Shown piece by piece: positions 24,165 through 26,742 of a stretch of 26,742 nucleotides of DNA (position 1 is the stretch's first letter; every line of letters starts with the position of its first letter). A program made the translations under genes and the position numbers. Source of the DNA: a virus. Taxonomy: Duplodnaviria; Caudoviricetes. The notes below the pieces were generated by a model. That model saw only the letters and a program-made list of their open reading frames with translations. It searched no databases and was not told the DNA's origin. The stretch covers positions 1 through 26,742 of the IMG/VR virus record IMGVR_UViG_3300014160_000015. One strand, 5' to 3'.

Positions 24165-24700
24165 GGCGTCTCCCTCCGCAGCCGGTACTCGTGACGGTAG
24201 GCAGGCATGAAATGGTCGTCGGGATCGTAGTCCGGGTCTTCCGGCGTGTCTCGCACGGCCTCCTCGTGCCGCCTGCGGAGCAACTCCTGGTAGGCAACGT
24301 GCGCCGAGACGGGATGCTTGTAGCCGCAGCCCAAGAGATTGCTGCGATGTTTCCAGTCATTGAGCAAGCGTTCGTCCTCGCCGTCCCGAAGGATGAAGCA
24401 ACGCTCCTCAATCACCCAGTAAGGCGGTTGGCGTCGATCTCGCTTCTCCCACTCCTCTTGCCACATCTGGCCGCGTTTCTCCGGCCAATCATCGCCGTAA
24501 CGCTTTTCAAGGTCGTGCTTCCAGCGGGGCGTGTCTTGGTCGCGGGTTTCCAGGCGCTCGATAGCCTGCCCGCAGAAGAGGCAGAACCGCACTGGGGCGC
24601 TGCTGCCCCGCCACTCCCAGGTCTGGCCGCAATGGAGGCACTGGTAGATGCCGCAGCCGTCGTCGGAGTCGCGGACACTGCGGTAGTAGGCGATTCTCAC
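24161..24700 (-). CDS. Hypothetical Zn-ribbon protein
   Basis: GTG start in a GTGA overlap; CLHCG...CLFCG; 179 aa. Confidence 0.65.
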   Translation of the reverse strand: MRIAYYRSVRDSDDGCGIYQCLHCGQTWEWRGSSAPVRFCLFCGQAIERLETRDQDTPRWKHDLEKRYGDDWPEKRGQMWQEEWEKRDRRQPPYWVIEERCFILRDGEDERLLNDWKHRSNLLGCGYKHPVSAHVAYQELLRRRHEEAVRDTPEDPDYDPDDHFMPAYRHEYRLRRETP

Positions 24701-24870
24701 TTCCGTCTCCGTTTTGGCTTTTCCGGTGGCCGGCTGTCGGCGACCTCGATCTTTCCGGCGATCAAGACAATGTTCAGCGCGAATTGATCGTCGCTGACGA
24801 TCTGCAAGTAGTCGCTTGAGCCGTCCGCCGTCTTCGAGATTGTCAGTTTGAGATTGGGTAAGGGAATCAT
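24697..24870 (-). CDS. Small hypothetical protein
   Basis: MIPLPNLKLTISKTADGSSDYLQIVSDDQFALNIVLIAGKIEVADSRPPEKPKRRRK; 57 aa with overlapping start and stop on both sides. Confidence 0.6.
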   Translation of the reverse strand: MIPLPNLKLTISKTADGSSDYLQIVSDDQFALNIVLIAGKIEVADSRPPEKPKRRRK

Positions 24871-25382
24871 CGTGCGCGTCCTAGATAGATCGGATTGAAC
24901 AACCTCTTGAGTACCGTACAGGCGTAAATCGAGGCGTCCCGGTTCGGCCGGTAGATGACCCAATCGGGCGTGCCGTTGGCCGGGCACCAGAGATAGCGAG
25001 GCGGATCGGCCGCCGTCCAGGTCATGCCATGATCGACCGCCGCCGTCTTCAGATGGCGGGTGGTGAAGTCCACGATCTCCTGGCTTTCCAGCAGGCCCAC
25101 CCAGACGTGCATTTCCGGCAGGTTGCCCAGGGCCACCGAGACAGCGCTGTCCAGGGCTCCGGGCGTCCATTCGTAGGCGAAGTGCGTGTTGACCACGCCG
25201 TCGTCTTCACTCTGCTGGATGCGGGGCCATTGCAGCGAGCCGGCCTGAATCACCGCCTTGAAGCCGTGCCGCCACAGGACCGTGGCCGCATGATGGGCAT
25301 AGAACAAGCAAAGGCCCGGCTGGTTGTCCAGCCGGGAGATTGCCCGCTCGATCTCGTCGATGATCTTGCCGCGCTTGCCCAT
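24867..25382 (-). CDS. Hypothetical protein (possible Cys-His-Asp transglutaminase/papain-like triad)
   Basis: 171 aa; GLC*LFYAH...MH*VWVGL...IVD*FT ordering resembles transglutaminase-like folds (inference). Confidence 0.6.
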   Translation of the reverse strand: MGKRGKIIDEIERAISRLDNQPGLCLFYAHHAATVLWRHGFKAVIQAGSLQWPRIQQSEDDGVVNTHFAYEWTPGALDSAVSVALGNLPEMHVWVGLLESQEIVDFTTRHLKTAAVDHGMTWTAADPPRYLWCPANGTPDWVIYRPNRDASIYACTVLKRLFNPIYLGRAR

Positions 25383-25964
25383 CTAGTGGTCGATCCTCAC
25401 AAGACCCTGATCTTTGCACTTCGGGCAGCGGCAGGGGGCCTCGGTACGTTCGCCCTGCGGATTGCCGTCCACGCAGCCGTGCCAGCGCCACTGATCCTCG
25501 GCTCCCATCAGCAGGGAGCCCCGCTCGTTCTCGGAGAGATCGGAGTACAGGATGCGTTCGACATATCGCTCGAAGCTGGCAATCACGTCGGCGTCGGACA
25601 TGCCCACGTCAAAGGTGTAGTGAGAGAACCAGCCGTCGCACCACACGTCCCGCCGCTTCAGCGTGACGGTAATCGTCACGTCGGCCGGTTCCAGCAGCTT
25701 GGCAGTGTACTTGGGCCACCAGTCCCGCATTAGTTCGGCCGCGATCACTTCCGGGTCGCGGTCTTCCTTCTCCATGCTGTCCCAGCCGGCTGAATTCCAG
25801 AAGCGGCCCTCGGGCAGCGGCGGATCGCCGGCGCGGAACATGCGCTGTTCGGCCCCAGGCGGGTACGTCTCAGACCAGCGGACCTTGACGCCGTAGATCG
25901 GGTATGCCTTCTCGCCTTCGCGGAGTTCGGCCAGGACTTTTGCATCGAGGGTGATGGTATTCAT
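25383..25964 (-). CDS. Hypothetical protein
   Basis: 193 aa, abuts its neighbours; C-terminal CRCPKC. Confidence 0.65.
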   Translation of the reverse strand: MNTITLDAKVLAELREGEKAYPIYGVKVRWSETYPPGAEQRMFRAGDPPLPEGRFWNSAGWDSMEKEDRDPEVIAAELMRDWWPKYTAKLLEPADVTITVTLKRRDVWCDGWFSHYTFDVGMSDADVIASFERYVERILYSDLSENERGSLLMGAEDQWRWHGCVDGNPQGERTEAPCRCPKCKDQGLVRIDH

Positions 25965-26152
25965 GGACTCTCTTGGGTGCGGGACTCAGGTTGCTTGCGG
26001 ATCAACTCCAGCTCTTCCAGCACGGCCGGTAAGCCGCATTCTTTGACCAGGAACGCCACGACCTCGTGCAAGCCGAGGTCATTGGTCTCTCCGTTCCACT
26101 TGACCAGGGCGCGGAGATTGTCGTGGTCGTCGCTACTCAGAAACGTATTCAT
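25961..26152 (-). CDS. Small hypothetical protein
   Basis: 63 aa; its stop overlaps the downstream start (ATGA). Confidence 0.55.
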   Translation of the reverse strand: MNTFLSSDDHDNLRALVKWNGETNDLGLHEVVAFLVKECGLPAVLEELELIRKQPESRTQESP

Positions 26153-26477
26153 CCCTGTAGGGTGCTTTCAGCATGGGCTCCAACTGGGTGATGCTCCCGT
26201 TGTGGTGCCGGATGTAGTTGTAGACCTTCAGCCGGTGGCCGCCGTTGGGCAGATGCTCGACGAAGGGGTCGGCCTGCCGGATGATCCGGGCTTTGTCCAT
26301 TTTGGCCTTGTCGGCTTTCGACAGCAAACCGGGGTCGAAGCCGAACTTGTCCACACTCTCAATCGCAATCCCTTGGGTCTGGACATTGGCCCACAGGTCG
26401 AGAACCGCGAGGCAGTAGGACCGCTCGCAGTTGTTGCGTTTGATGCGGTCCATCACGTCGGTGGCAGTTTCGGACAT
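26133..26477 (-). CDS. Hypothetical protein
   Basis: 114 aa, GC3-rich, colinear with the gene run. Confidence 0.62.
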   Translation of the reverse strand: MSETATDVMDRIKRNNCERSYCLAVLDLWANVQTQGIAIESVDKFGFDPGLLSKADKAKMDKARIIRQADPFVEHLPNGGHRLKVYNYIRHHNGSITQLEPMLKAPYRDEYVSE

Positions 26478-26534
26478 TGGAGTATCTCACTTTCTTTATG
26501 AAGCACAGCACAAATGTGAGGAAAGTCAAGCTGA

Positions 26535-26742
26535 CTAGGCCAGGATTTCCACGACCAGGCAGAAGGCAAAGTTCTGAATGTCGCGGGAATTGTCGCCGGC
26601 CTTCGTGACCCAGTGCAGACACTCCTCAAGAGCCGTCTTCAAGCACGCCTTGCTGGGCAAGTCGCCGCTGGCTTGATCGTCGGCCAGATAGACGCCCGTG
26701 TCGTCGCAGAGCCCCAGGCAGCGGACGCCGGCATTCATGGCA
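26535..26742 (-). CDS. C-terminal part of a protein that starts beyond the window (zincin-like LEExxH motif)
   Basis: Frame is open to the window edge; ...LKTALEECLHWVTKAGDNSRDIQNF... Confidence 0.55.
   Translation of the reverse strand, partial: AMNAGVRCLGLCDDTGVYLADDQASGDLPSKACLKTALEECLHWVTKAGDNSRDIQNFAFCLVVEILA

Noticed and set aside
26478-26534. Possible promoter (TTGACT) upstream of the 114-aa gene
   Set aside because: No acceptable -10 hexamer at 16-18 nt spacing.
1-26742. tRNA/rRNA genes, integrase, att sites, firm host assignment
   Set aside because: None recognisable by eye. A Planctomycete-like host is only a guess from gene content and cannot be supported from this window.

Overview
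GC-rich segment of a tailed phage or prophage genome (Caudoviricetes), almost all on the - strand. In transcription order it carries a run of small accessory genes (26.7-23.6 kb), a short divergent + strand operon (22.5-23.6 kb), then a late/head module: probable small terminase; a cassette of exported or membrane proteins (permuted NlpC/P60 papain-like enzyme, C39-like peptidase lipoprotein, Trx-like membrane protein, WCSPC thioredoxin lipoprotein); lambda GpA-type large terminase; an Endo VII-type HNH remnant; portal; an ~11 kb island of fibre/decoration genes with two collagen-like genes and a GT4 glycosyltransferase; a head-completion-like gene interrupted by one in-frame TGA; scaffold; and a P22-gp5-like major capsid gene that runs off the window and is missing from the ORF track. 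Most notable: (1) scaffold and capsid share a short N-terminal RAR-[IL]-x-CFD leader that looks like a maturation-cleavage signal; (2) the redox-plus-papain-protease export cassette between the terminase genes may be a non-canonical lysis or maturation module; (3) several late-gene leaders are strongly structured, including a duplicated hairpin+12-mer unit upstream of the capsid gene and an exact 12-mer shared by two leaders. All family calls come from motif recognition by eye; no searches were run and the host is unknown.
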